Shown in pieces: positions 26,901 to 34,853 of a DNA stretch of 64,000 nt. The notes beneath the pieces are model-generated. The model made no database searches and had not been told where the DNA came from. It saw only the letters and a program-made list of their open reading frames with translations. The translations under genes were made by a program, and so were the position numbers. Source of the DNA: a virus (taxonomy: Duplodnaviria; Caudoviricetes); the IMG/VR virus record IMGVR_UViG_3300025909_000005. One strand, given 5' to 3'. Positions within the stretch are counted from its first letter, which is position 1, and each line of letters opens with the position of its first letter.

Positions 26901-27751
26901 CCCAGCCAATCGCGAACTCCGGTGGTACTCAGCCAGGCTCAGCATCAACTGGTGTCTTCATTGGTAAGGACAGCTCAAGCCGTCCGAACTTGACGTTCGT
27001 CAACAGCAGCGGCGGTACCGACTCGAAGGCAACCTACCTGATCAGCACAGGCACTACCTTCGAAGGTCGATTCGCCAATGACATTGACGCTGCCGACGCA
27101 GCATGGATGGCAGTCACGCGCTCTGGCACAACGGCAACTGCGATCTCGTTCACGACGACCGCGATGTCGACCAACACGTCGTTCTCGTCTCCGCTGCTCA
27201 CGTCTGCAAGCACGCTGACGATTACGGCCGGTGCGAACATGGTCATTCAGACGACAGGCGCGAACGGCATCGCCATGAAGACGCCGAACGGCTCGACTGT
27301 CGGCTCAATTGCAATCACGGCTGGTACCGCATCTGCCGGTGCCGGTGGTCCTGTCTCACTGACAGCCGGCAACGGCTCCACCACCGGCGGCAACGCCACG
27401 CTCCAGGCCGGTAACGGCGCTGCAGGTGTTGGTGGTTCTGTCACCATTGCTGGTGGCTCTGGTGGTAACGCAATCGGCGGTGACATCACGATCACTCCAG
27501 GCGCGGGCTCCGGTGGTTCACAGGCAGGTGCTCTCACCCTCGGTGTTGGCTCTCCAGCAACGGCAGCCTTCGGTGGTTTCCCTTACATGCCTGCCATGGC
27601 AGGCGCTCCTTCTGGCGCGCCGACAGCAAAGTCTGGCTTTGTTCCATTCGTGTACGACACGACGAACAACAAGCTTTGGATCTACACAGGCTCCGCCTGG
27701 AAGTGCGTTCCTCTCGGCACAGCTGGTGCTGCGATGGCAACCACGTACTAA
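23984..27751 (+). CDS. Long tail-fibre-like protein (S/T/G/A-rich, internal repeats)
   Basis: Fibre motifs VTSVNTQTGAVTL, GQVLTS.G..PTW x3 and FLRGDGTW x2. Confidence 0.7.
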   Translation: MLTDGIQLLGSSTATNLSITSGTTLPSTGLNVGELFYQIGTGLYVSDGSAWNQVGSAYVLTAAKITTALGATPATLDGTGKLSTSQLPAIAITDTFPVASQAEMLALTAQTGDVAVRSDSNTSWILKGTDPSQLSNWTQLLTPTSAVTSVNTQTGAVTLTTTNISEGTNKYYTDARARAAISATGSGGSYDSSTGVITFSSGTAGTLSAATTIGDGTGASSITSTGGTNANLTIAAGQGGANSSLYLQAGPSGSGSQTGGSVYISPGANGATSGSGIGNVVIQGNPASAYVGATGGNSNGAIVFQTGAAQSTNNTVNTLVNRLVIQAGGAWIVSGSAGSSGQVLTSAGAGATPTWTTIATTSLSATGGTPRSSTTGVYAGLDATNQPVITLNNAGLTTGNRASDIYIASDGILRWDFANDSYTVGTAWLQVARSSNTATNITLTGTAITLTGAVSGTSFSGDGSALTALNASNLSTGTVGTARLGSGTASSTTFLRGDGTWATPSGGSGTVTSVAVSGGTTGLTTSGGPITGSGTITLAGTLALANGGTGATTQAGAANAVLPTQTSNSGKFLTTDGSNVSWATVSGGTGSPGGSDTQVQYNASGAFAGSSTFTFNSGTGTVTATTFSGAHTGNGSGLTSLTPTNITATGTPSSTTYLRGDGTWSTPSSSATSALTSGFVAYGISGTMSGSTALTFSGSPTNGSGAPTLVIGASTNTQAATLQQNDNPGSTFTVRAGDSSGGGSGGTLVVRAGHGTTNTGGQNGGNVTIIAGSSVAGSKGYVSVTTGGTTVGGGGGTERLRIDQNGTWTLNGAAGTTGQVLTSQGSSAAPIWAAVSLTSLQATASASVNTSTTGSYVGLDGNTQPILAMVNTAAGTNNKYSEWAVTSAGSTVLSLVNDANTGSSNVITVARSGNTATLITLASTAVNLSGLTSGLQLNASAGTTGQVLTSQGASSAPTWTTLAAPTTLSATGTQPIANSGGTQPGSASTGVFIGKDSSSRPNLTFVNSSGGTDSKATYLISTGTTFEGRFANDIDAADAAWMAVTRSGTTATAISFTTTAMSTNTSFSSPLLTSASTLTITAGANMVIQTTGANGIAMKTPNGSTVGSIAITAGTASAGAGGPVSLTAGNGSTTGGNATLQAGNGAAGVGGSVTIAGGSGGNAIGGDITITPGAGSGGSQAGALTLGVGSPATAAFGGFPYMPAMAGAPSGAPTAKSGFVPFVYDTTNNKLWIYTGSAWKCVPLGTAGAAMATTY

Positions 27752-27763
27752 GGACTTTGGACA

Positions 27764-28792
27764 ATGCTCACAGACGGTATTCAACTTCTTGGCACCTCAG
27801 CCGCCACCAATTTCACGATTGCAAGCGGCTCGACACTGCCTTCTGCAAGCGTTGCTGGCGAACTCTTCTACAAGACAGGCGTTGGCCTGAATGTCTTCGA
27901 TGGCACTGCTTGGGGTACCGTTGGTACGGGAGGTGTCACGAACCTTACGGTGAACGGAAGCAACGGTATCGGCACGTCTGTCGATATCTCAGATCCTACG
28001 TCACCCATCATCTCGCTGTCTCTTGGCACGATCACGCCAACTGCGGTTAGCACTGGAAACCTGACCCTCACTGGCACCATCTCGGTGAACAGCTCAGTCG
28101 GCGTCTCGGGCTACGTGCTCACGTCGCAAGGTCCTGGTCTTGTTCCACACTGGGTCGCGCCTGCATCTGCTGACCTCTCGAACCTGAACGCAACGAACCT
28201 GACGAGCGGCACAGTTCCGCTTGCGCGTCTTGCTTCCTCTGGCACCGCCTCAACGACTACGTTCCTCCGTGGTGACAACACGTGGGCAGCTCCTCCAGGC
28301 GGTGTCTCGTCTGTTGCAGTTGTAACAGCGAACGGCATCTCTGGTACCGTTGCCTCGGCCACGACCAATCCATCGATCACGCTGACGCTTGGTGACATCA
28401 CACCAACGTCTGTTGCATCGACAGGCGCAGTGAGCGGCACGACAATCACGGGTACCTCTGTCAAGGCGCGCCTCCTGCCAAAGGCAACGACGGCCACGAA
28501 TCAGGCAACGATCACGCCACCGGGCGACACGTCTGACTTCTACGCCGTGACGGGTCAGGCACAGAACTTCACGATCGCCGCACCATCAGGCACGCCAATT
28601 CTTGGTCAGAAGATGATGCTTCTGATCTCGGACAACGGCACCTCACGCACGATCACGTGGAACGCAATCTACCGCGCAGTTGGTGGTCTCACCCTTCCAA
28701 CTGCAACAAGCGCTGGCAAGGGCCTCTACGTCGGCATGATCTACAATTCATTCGCATCTCTCTGGGACATCATCGCGACTGCCCAGGTCTAA
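27764..28792 (+). CDS. Short fibre-like protein, paralogue of the 23984 N-terminus
   Basis: Starts MLTDGIQLLG like 23984; shares the LNA.NL..GTV..ARL...GTAS.TTFLRGD.TW module. Confidence 0.7.
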   Translation: MLTDGIQLLGTSAATNFTIASGSTLPSASVAGELFYKTGVGLNVFDGTAWGTVGTGGVTNLTVNGSNGIGTSVDISDPTSPIISLSLGTITPTAVSTGNLTLTGTISVNSSVGVSGYVLTSQGPGLVPHWVAPASADLSNLNATNLTSGTVPLARLASSGTASTTTFLRGDNTWAAPPGGVSSVAVVTANGISGTVASATTNPSITLTLGDITPTSVASTGAVSGTTITGTSVKARLLPKATTATNQATITPPGDTSDFYAVTGQAQNFTIAAPSGTPILGQKMMLLISDNGTSRTITWNAIYRAVGGLTLPTATSAGKGLYVGMIYNSFASLWDIIATAQV

Positions 28793-28798
28793 ACCCAT

Positions 28799-29764
28799 AT
28801 GACTACAATCGTTCTTACCTCAGGATCTTCTTGGACGGTACCGTCCGACTTTGACCCGAACAATAACACCGTCGAGCTCATCGGTGGCGGTGGCGGTGGT
28901 GCAGGTAGCTGGGGCAAGACAGCCCTTCCTCACTTTGCTGGTGGCGGTGGTGGCGGTGGTGGTTACACTAAGATCACGAACTTCGACCCAGGTGCAAGCA
29001 CAACGATCTCTTACTCGATCGGTGGCGCTGGTTCTGCAGGTGTCAACCAAAACAACACCGCTTCTTCCACACTCGTTCAAGCAGGCAACGGCGGCACGAC
29101 AACTTTCTCGACGTATTCTGCAGGCGGTGGCACTGGCGCCACACAATCTAGCACTGGTGGTAGCCCAGGTTCTGGTGGCACTGGTACAACAGCGAATGGT
29201 GGTAGCGGTGGCGCAGGCAGTCTTGGCCAATCGGGCTCAACCGCTCTTGTAACTGGCGGTGGTGGCGGTGGTGGCGCCGGTTCTAGTAACGGCAATGGTG
29301 GCGTGGGTGGTTCTGGTGGCGGTAACACTACCAACGGTGGTGGCGGTGGTGGCGGCGGCGCTGGTGGCACCACTGTCGGCGGCAACGGCGGCAACGGCGT
29401 CTCAGGCCAGGGCGGTAACGGTGGTGCAATCTCTGGCCAAACGGCCGGTGCAGGCGGCACGAACGCAGCTGGTGGTGCCGGTTCCAACGGTGGTGGTGGT
29501 GGTGGTGCAGGTGGTCAGGGTTTCAACGGCGGCGCCGGCTCAGGTGGTAACAATCCTGGTGGCGGTGGCGGTGGTGCCGTAGGCGGTTCAACCGCAACTG
29601 GCGGTGCTGGTGGTGGCTTCGGTGGCGGTGGCGGTGGTAACGCAACTGGCACCGGCGGCACATCACAGGCCATCTCAGCGGGTGCAGGTCGCCAAGGCGG
29701 CATCATCATCACGTACACACCGACGGCCATCTATCGGCCTGACATGTTCGCAATGTTTGCTTAA
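28799..29764 (+). CDS. Glycine-rich fibre-tip/adhesin-like protein
   Basis: SGSSWTVP...VELIGGGGGG, long poly-Gly tracts and G.QGGIIITY end. Confidence 0.65.
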   Translation: MTTIVLTSGSSWTVPSDFDPNNNTVELIGGGGGGAGSWGKTALPHFAGGGGGGGGYTKITNFDPGASTTISYSIGGAGSAGVNQNNTASSTLVQAGNGGTTTFSTYSAGGGTGATQSSTGGSPGSGGTGTTANGGSGGAGSLGQSGSTALVTGGGGGGGAGSSNGNGGVGGSGGGNTTNGGGGGGGGAGGTTVGGNGGNGVSGQGGNGGAISGQTAGAGGTNAAGGAGSNGGGGGGAGGQGFNGGAGSGGNNPGGGGGGAVGGSTATGGAGGGFGGGGGGNATGTGGTSQAISAGAGRQGGIIITYTPTAIYRPDMFAMFA

Positions 29765-29784
29765 CCTGTTTGCGGGTTCCATGT

Positions 29785-29800
29785 TATAATGGGACCTATG
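29785..29800 (+). promoter_or_regulatory. Early-type -10 box abutting start codon (TATAAT-GGGACCT-ATG)
   Basis: Motif recurs many times; no SD between the box and ATG. Confidence 0.6.
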
Positions 29801-30091
29801 AGCATCATTGTTTACCACATCAGCTGCGAGACGGGTGAACCGTACGCAACGCCCTTCAACGACAACGAGCTGACGACGGCCCTCAAGTTCATGGAGGGCA
29901 TGCGGAAGATCGGTCACCATCACGTCACGTACTCCTCGGAGCACGGCGACCACGTCGGAAAGCCTGGTGTCGACGCAGTCGTTGACGGCAAGACGCCTGA
30001 CGGCAGCACCTACGACTGGTCAAAGGCCGGTCGAGCTGGCAAGATTCGCCAGTCAGAACGCGACCGCTGGGCTGAGGAGGCGAAGAAGTGA
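29798..30091 (+). CDS. Hypothetical early protein
   Basis: ORF with phage-typical codon use. Confidence 0.65.
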   Translation: MSIIVYHISCETGEPYATPFNDNELTTALKFMEGMRKIGHHHVTYSSEHGDHVGKPGVDAVVDGKTPDGSTYDWSKAGRAGKIRQSERDRWAEEAKK

Positions 30092-30444
30092 AGAAGCAAA
30101 ATCGCCTCGAGCTGCAGAACCTCTGCAGAATCAAGAAGGAGCAGCTCGCCACGCTAATCCAGCTCTACAACACCTGCTTCGAGCCTTATCAGGATCAAGC
30201 CCGTGAGTTAGCCCTCAAGCTGATGAACACGGACATCACCATCCTCGAGCGCATCATGACGGTCGCGTTCGACCCCGAGGAAAAGTCTGGTGACTCCATC
30301 GTGTGGAGCGACGCTCGCTTTCACAACTGGCACAACTACATTTCGAAGGACGTTCGCGCCATCTGGGACACGTTCACAGAGAAGCAGCAGCTCGTTCTCG
30401 AGAAACAGGCCCGACGCGAGGCCATGGCTGAGGAATGGGAGTGA
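30088..30444 (+). CDS. Hypothetical protein
   Basis: GTGA overlap with the upstream stop. Confidence 0.6.
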   Translation: MKKQNRLELQNLCRIKKEQLATLIQLYNTCFEPYQDQARELALKLMNTDITILERIMTVAFDPEEKSGDSIVWSDARFHNWHNYISKDVRAIWDTFTEKQQLVLEKQARREAMAEEWE

Positions 30445-30620
30445 CACCTAAGGAGACTCTTCAAGTCATTCTTGATACGAAGCTGAAGAAGTACAAGGAG
30501 CTGAACACCGCCGTTCGGCTCTCAATTGGCCTGCGCCACTTCGGTTTTCTCTTCGAGCTCATGACAGCTGAGGCACAGGAGATTGGAGCTCTGCGCGATG
30601 TCATTGCCAACATGGACTAA
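30435..30620 (+). CDS. Hypothetical protein
   Basis: ORF continuing the operon. Confidence 0.45.
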   Translation: MGVTPKETLQVILDTKLKKYKELNTAVRLSIGLRHFGFLFELMTAEAQEIGALRDVIANMD

Positions 30621-30762
30621 AATCTGGGAGACACTCAAGTCGTGGTTCCACTACACTCCTTCGATGCAGTGGGACATGGCCGCCAACACAATGTGGGTTG
30701 AAGGCTACACGGAGTTTGAGATCGAGCTGGAGCTAGGCCCACGCCCGAAGGACGAAGTGTAA
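30598..30762 (+). CDS. 54-aa hypothetical protein (MSLPTWTKIWETLKSWF...), absent from ORF track
   Basis: GGAG SD upstream; fills the gap before the next promoter. Confidence 0.5.
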   Translation: MSLPTWTKIWETLKSWFHYTPSMQWDMAANTMWVEGYTEFEIELELGPRPKDEV

Positions 30763-30790
30763 CAGTTGAGCACCTCCGCTCAGGTTGGTG

Positions 30791-30804
30791 TATAATGGAT
30801 TCAT
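30791..30804 (+). promoter_or_regulatory. Early promoter TATAAT-GGATTC-AT with CCAACCCA leader
   Basis: Near-identical to the 32867 and 54574 copies. Confidence 0.65.
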
Positions 30805-30826
30805 ACCAACCCACACGGACCCTCTC

Positions 30827-31267
30827 ATGCTGCACATTCGACTCGAAGCTGGTTTCCCCGTCGAAGTCACGTCCGAATTCCCCAAGGACGGCACCTGGTG
30901 CCCGAAGGGCGGCGTCGACGGCTGGATCAATCGCAACGACATCAAGTCTTTCGCGTACGCCCAGACCCTCGCACAGATCCTGACCGAGAAGTTCGGCACG
31001 ATCTACCTGGCCACTGACGCCGGTGAGAGCACCTCCCCGCGCTACGACGTGCAGGAAGCCCCGAAGGTCGGCGACAAGGTCTCCAAGTCCTTCAACGGCG
31101 ACTCCTACCCCTGCGGCACGATCGTGAAGATCACTCCGACGTGGCAGATCACGACCGACACCGGCGCCAAGTTCCGCCGCTACAAGGAATCCGGCGCCTG
31201 GCGCCAAACCGGCCGCGGCTTCTGGATGATCAGCGGCCACCACGACGAACGCAACCCGAGCTTCTAA
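30827..31267 (+). CDS. Hypothetical early protein
   Basis: Strong GC3 codon bias; downstream of a promoter. Confidence 0.7.
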   Translation: MLHIRLEAGFPVEVTSEFPKDGTWCPKGGVDGWINRNDIKSFAYAQTLAQILTEKFGTIYLATDAGESTSPRYDVQEAPKVGDKVSKSFNGDSYPCGTIVKITPTWQITTDTGAKFRRYKESGAWRQTGRGFWMISGHHDERNPSF

Positions 31268-31268
31268 C

Positions 31269-31463
31269 ATGCTGACCCAAATCATCATCAAGCACCAGGA
31301 CACCGTCCTGGTGAACTCGACGATTTTGCCGGGCGGCTTCGCTCCGGTGCCTGACATCGGCGACACAATCAAGATCGGTGACACGTTCGGCATCGTCGAG
31401 AAGCGCACCTTCGAGTACGCCAACGACTACACGCGAGTCACGATCCAGACTGCGAGGCTCTGA
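31269..31463 (+). CDS. Hypothetical protein
   Basis: Tightly packed ORF. Confidence 0.6.
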   Translation: MLTQIIIKHQDTVLVNSTILPGGFAPVPDIGDTIKIGDTFGIVEKRTFEYANDYTRVTIQTARL

Positions 31464-31726
31464 TGGCACGCGCACTCAAGTTTACCATCGGCTCGATCGG
31501 CTTCGTCGACTGGGCTGCTGGCCAAAAGGAAGAGGACGCCGAGGTTCGCGGCACGTTCGTGATCGCGCAGCGACTCCTGAAGATCGGCCATCCCGACCAG
31601 ATGACGCGTGACCAGTTCGCGGCGCACTTGGTCGATGCCTTCGAACGAGAGCTCGGCAGCTTCGAGGCCTACCTCGACGAAATGCGTGGTTCGCACCTCG
31701 ACCTGCCCGTCGCAATAAGGAAGTGA
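31463..31726 (+). CDS. Hypothetical protein
   Basis: TGATG overlap. Confidence 0.6.
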   Translation: MARALKFTIGSIGFVDWAAGQKEEDAEVRGTFVIAQRLLKIGHPDQMTRDQFAAHLVDAFERELGSFEAYLDEMRGSHLDLPVAIRK

Positions 31727-31727
31727 C

Positions 31728-32048
31728 ATGATCTCTCTGGAAGAAGCGCTGCAGCTGAAGCAGCGCACCCCCACCGACGTGGAGAAGGACATCGAGAACG
31801 GTTTCCAACGCTGGCTCCACGCAAAGCTTCCTGAAGACATCGCTGCTGCGGCGCGGTACGCGTACAGCACGATGGTGGACTACGGGCCTGAGGGCATGAA
31901 CCCGCGCGAGCACTGGACACAGCGCGAGGAGTACGTGAAGCGGCTGAACGACATCATCGGCCCGCACGGCCACGAGGCCCGTTTCATGCAGGCTTCCCGT
32001 GACATGCCGTACTCGGGAGTCACCGTGAAGTTCTTCTATAGGACGTGA
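31728..32048 (+). CDS. Hypothetical protein
   Basis: Tightly packed ORF. Confidence 0.6.
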   Translation: MISLEEALQLKQRTPTDVEKDIENGFQRWLHAKLPEDIAAAARYAYSTMVDYGPEGMNPREHWTQREEYVKRLNDIIGPHGHEARFMQASRDMPYSGVTVKFFYRT

Positions 32049-32049
32049 C

Positions 32050-32412
32050 ATGAGCGCCATCGAGAACATGAAGAAGGTCAAGCTGTCCGATGCGGACATC
32101 AAGACGATCCTCCGCAACGCGGAGCTCAAGGCCGCCGAGGCCACGCGCAACTACATCCAGCAGTACGGCGAACACCCGTTCAACTGCGGCTTCGCGTGGG
32201 TCAAGATTCGCCCCGCTCGTGGTCAGTTCATCAAGGTGATGAAGGAGATCAAGATGGGCAAGACCGACGACTTCGAAGGCGGCTACACGATCTGGAACCC
32301 CTCGGGCCATCCCACGCAGGACATGAGCGCGAAAGAAGCTGGCGCCAAGGTCTTCGCAGAAATTCTCCGCTCGTACGGCCTGAAGGTTTCTGCCTTCTCT
32401 CGACTGGACTGA
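32050..32412 (+). CDS. Hypothetical phage protein
   Basis: CGFAWVKI..ARG...Q.MSAKEAGAK.FA.IL pattern of a common phage family. Confidence 0.65.
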   Translation: MSAIENMKKVKLSDADIKTILRNAELKAAEATRNYIQQYGEHPFNCGFAWVKIRPARGQFIKVMKEIKMGKTDDFEGGYTIWNPSGHPTQDMSAKEAGAKVFAEILRSYGLKVSAFSRLD

Positions 32413-32414
32413 TC

Positions 32415-32795
32415 ATGCCAACGTACAAAATCAACCTACTCGGTGGCCGCGACCTGAACGCCGCAGTCATGCTCGCAATGGGTCTCAAGGTCGTGCGGCG
32501 CGAGGACGGACTCCGTGTCATGGTCACCGACACCGAGGACGACATGGCGTTCGAGTGCTCGATCGTTCCTGACCCGTACTGCACGAACTGGGAATGGGCG
32601 GGGCCCGTCCTCCATCGAGAACGCATCTCGCTCAACTACTCGGACCCCGAGGAAGAAGACCAGCTGTACGCTTGGGCGATCTGCGGCAACCACGAGTTCG
32701 ATGACGCGAGTCCGCTCGTCGCTGGCATGCGCGCCTTCGTGGCACGTAAGGTCGGTCGAATCGAGAACTACGAATACGTGGTAGATCTTCCGTGA
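32415..32795 (+). CDS. DUF2591/NinX-like phage protein
   Basis: LNAAV..AMG, YCTNWEWAGPVL.RERI and SPLVAGMRAFVA motifs. Confidence 0.6.
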   Translation: MPTYKINLLGGRDLNAAVMLAMGLKVVRREDGLRVMVTDTEDDMAFECSIVPDPYCTNWEWAGPVLHRERISLNYSDPEEEDQLYAWAICGNHEFDDASPLVAGMRAFVARKVGRIENYEYVVDLP

Positions 32796-32866
32796 AGTGG
32801 GTGGTGATTGGCCTCACCATCGCAACTATTTTGTGGGTCTTTTGGGCCTAAATACAGGTTCTGTGG

Positions 32867-32880
32867 TATAATGGATTCAT
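32867..32880 (+). promoter_or_regulatory. Early promoter TATAAT-GGATTC-AT
   Basis: Followed by a CAACCAAGGAG leader with SD. Confidence 0.65.
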
Positions 32881-32898
32881 ACAACCAAGGAGCCTGTG

Positions 32899-33024
32899 AT
32901 GAAGGACAACCGCAAGCGCTACGTCGACAAGTGGTACGAGGACTGCGGTGGCAAGCCGTACCGCTACAGCGGCCGTCGCAAGCTCCGCCACTTCGAACGC
33001 GATCTCCGCAAGCTGGGGGTCTGA
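32899..33024 (+). CDS. 41-aa basic peptide (absent from ORF track)
   Basis: AAGGAG SD; MKDNRKRYVDKWYEDCGG... Confidence 0.55.
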   Translation: MKDNRKRYVDKWYEDCGGKPYRYSGRRKLRHFERDLRKLGV

Positions 33025-33025
33025 C

Positions 33026-33100
33026 ATGGCGAAGAAGCAAGAACAACCGATGTGGCCCTGGCCCCCGAAGAACTGGAAGCCGAAGAAAAAGGGAAAGTGA
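33026..33100 (+). CDS. 24-aa peptide MAKKQEQPMWPWPPKNWKPKKKGK
   Basis: Fills the gap; its stop overlaps the next start (TGATG). Confidence 0.4.
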   Translation: MAKKQEQPMWPWPPKNWKPKKKGK

Positions 33101-34359
33101 TGGAATTTTTCGAAGAGTTTTTGGAGCGCGTCAAGTGGACGCCGCGCTGGCAGGTGATGGTGAACACCGTCGAGGCCTCGCCGTGGCACCGTGAGGCCAA
33201 CGTGGCCGTTCACACGGAGATGACGATCGCCCACTACAACAAGACGTTCGCCCACGCCCGTACGGCGCGTCAGAACACGTTCACGCGAATGTGCCTGCTG
33301 TTCCACGACTTCGGCAAGCCGGAGGCGGAGGAAACGCTGGAGAAGAAGGAAGAGCCGGGCGTGTTCTACCGTCGTTACGCCGGCCATGAGCCGATCTCGG
33401 CGAACGAGTTCATGTCGTTCATGTGCGATCACCACTCGCTGCGTGAGCTGTTCTTCAAGGAAGGCTTCTCGTGGGTTGACCTGCGCGCCATCAAGGTGGC
33501 GATCGAGCACCACCTGCCGTACGGCCTGAAGAAGGAAGACAAGCGCATCGCGCTGCGCTCCCACATCGCTCACTCGCTGGGCGAGTTCGACGACTGCTAC
33601 TTCGACATGCTGCGTTCCGACGCGGCAGGTCGCATCTCTGACGACATGCCGACGAAGCTGCAGAACGTCGAGGACTGGATCGCGGAGTTCGCCCCGCTGC
33701 CGGTTCTGCCGATCAATCCGCGCGAGCGCTTCGACAAGCTGCGCCACGTGAAGGGTTCGCTGAAGGCGATCAAGAAGCCGGGCGAGGAAGTGCAGCTGAT
33801 CCTGAATGGTCACGAGCGACGTCAGCCGGTGCTGGTGGTTCCGGTCGGTATCACGGGCGCTGGCAAGTCCACGTGGATCAAGAAGCTGATGAACGATCAG
33901 CCGAACCGCTTCGTCGTGTACGAGGAAGACGTGCTGCGCGTGGTGTACGCCATGGAGAACTTCAACGAGGTCGACTGGCAGGCGTGGGAGAACATGTCCA
34001 TCAAGGAGCGGTACGACGTTGCTTGGAAGTTCTGCCACCTGGACCCGCGCTCGAAGTTCGACGCGTACGCGAAGGCCGATTTCATCGCCGCGCTGGGGTC
34101 GGGCAAGGATGTCATCGTTGACAAGATGAATCAGGGTCGCAAGGCTCGGACGAAGCTGATCAACGAGGCGAAGCAGCGCGGCTTCATGGTGACGTCGGTC
34201 GAGTTCTTCATCTCCGAGAGCGAGGCCAAGCGGCGTCAGCGGTCGCGTGGTGACAAGGCGGTTCCTGACTACCGAGTTCACCAGATCGCGATGCAGCTGG
34301 AGACGCCGTGGGTCGGCTCTGAGGTGGACGAGTTCGAGATCATTCCGCTGGACAAGTGA
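33100..34359 (+). CDS. HD-domain phosphohydrolase fused to AAA_33/PNK-like P-loop kinase
   Basis: PWHREANVAVHT, LLFHDFGKP, GHE and SDAAGR in the HD half; PVGITGAGKST and DVIVDKMN in the kinase half. Confidence 0.75.
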   Translation: MEFFEEFLERVKWTPRWQVMVNTVEASPWHREANVAVHTEMTIAHYNKTFAHARTARQNTFTRMCLLFHDFGKPEAEETLEKKEEPGVFYRRYAGHEPISANEFMSFMCDHHSLRELFFKEGFSWVDLRAIKVAIEHHLPYGLKKEDKRIALRSHIAHSLGEFDDCYFDMLRSDAAGRISDDMPTKLQNVEDWIAEFAPLPVLPINPRERFDKLRHVKGSLKAIKKPGEEVQLILNGHERRQPVLVVPVGITGAGKSTWIKKLMNDQPNRFVVYEEDVLRVVYAMENFNEVDWQAWENMSIKERYDVAWKFCHLDPRSKFDAYAKADFIAALGSGKDVIVDKMNQGRKARTKLINEAKQRGFMVTSVEFFISESEAKRRQRSRGDKAVPDYRVHQIAMQLETPWVGSEVDEFEIIPLDK

Positions 34360-34366
34360 GGACAAG

Positions 34367-34618
34367 ATGACAACCTTCGCAGAAGCAATGGTGATGACGG
34401 ACGAACAGCTGAACAAGCTGGGGGACCGTCACCTCCTCGCCCTGTTCCGCCAGTCCCGCTCGTTTGACTACGACCGTGATTGGAAGGACGGGGAAATTGT
34501 CGAGTCCGACTATGACAAGTTCAACAGGCGAGTCAAGGCAATCCTCGCCACGCGGCCGCACGTCGAGAAGAAACCGAAGGCGCCAGTACGCCGCGAAAAG
34601 AAGAAGCTCAAGTACTAA
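34367..34618 (+). CDS. Hypothetical protein
   Basis: GAGG SD; followed by a terminator. Confidence 0.6.
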   Translation: MTTFAEAMVMTDEQLNKLGDRHLLALFRQSRSFDYDRDWKDGEIVESDYDKFNRRVKAILATRPHVEKKPKAPVRREKKKLKY

Positions 34619-34637
34619 TCCTCCTTCGACATTCTTC

Positions 34638-34658
34638 AAGGGCCTTCGGGCCCTTTTT
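34638..34658 (+). terminator. Rho-independent terminator with UUCG loop
   Basis: AAGGGCC-TTCG-GGCCCTT followed by TTT. Confidence 0.85.
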
Positions 34659-34784
34659 CTTGCCTGGTCCTGCCGAAACTAGATGCTTGACCTTAAGTCA
34701 GGTCGAGTTCTAGTGGCTCAATGTTACAATCATTATTCCGGTTAAGTACACTTAACTGCGTAGGTTGCAAGCACGGGGAAACCC

Positions 34785-34792
34785 TATAAATA
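34785..34792 (+). promoter_or_regulatory. Perfect T4 late promoter TATAAATA
   Basis: Exact match upstream of gp32. Confidence 0.75.
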
Positions 34793-34853
34793 CCACGCTG
34801 CCAAAAGAGAGCAGCGCTTTGCAATCATTTGTAACTTTGAAAGGTTTTAGACC

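Noticed and set aside
23984-29764. Diversity-generating retroelement acting on the fibre genes
   Set aside because: No reverse transcriptase and no near-identical TR/VR pair differing at adenines were seen in this window.
28799-29764. Poly-Gly GGT/GGC runs as a non-coding or G-quadruplex element
   Set aside because: Fully explained by a glycine-rich coding sequence.
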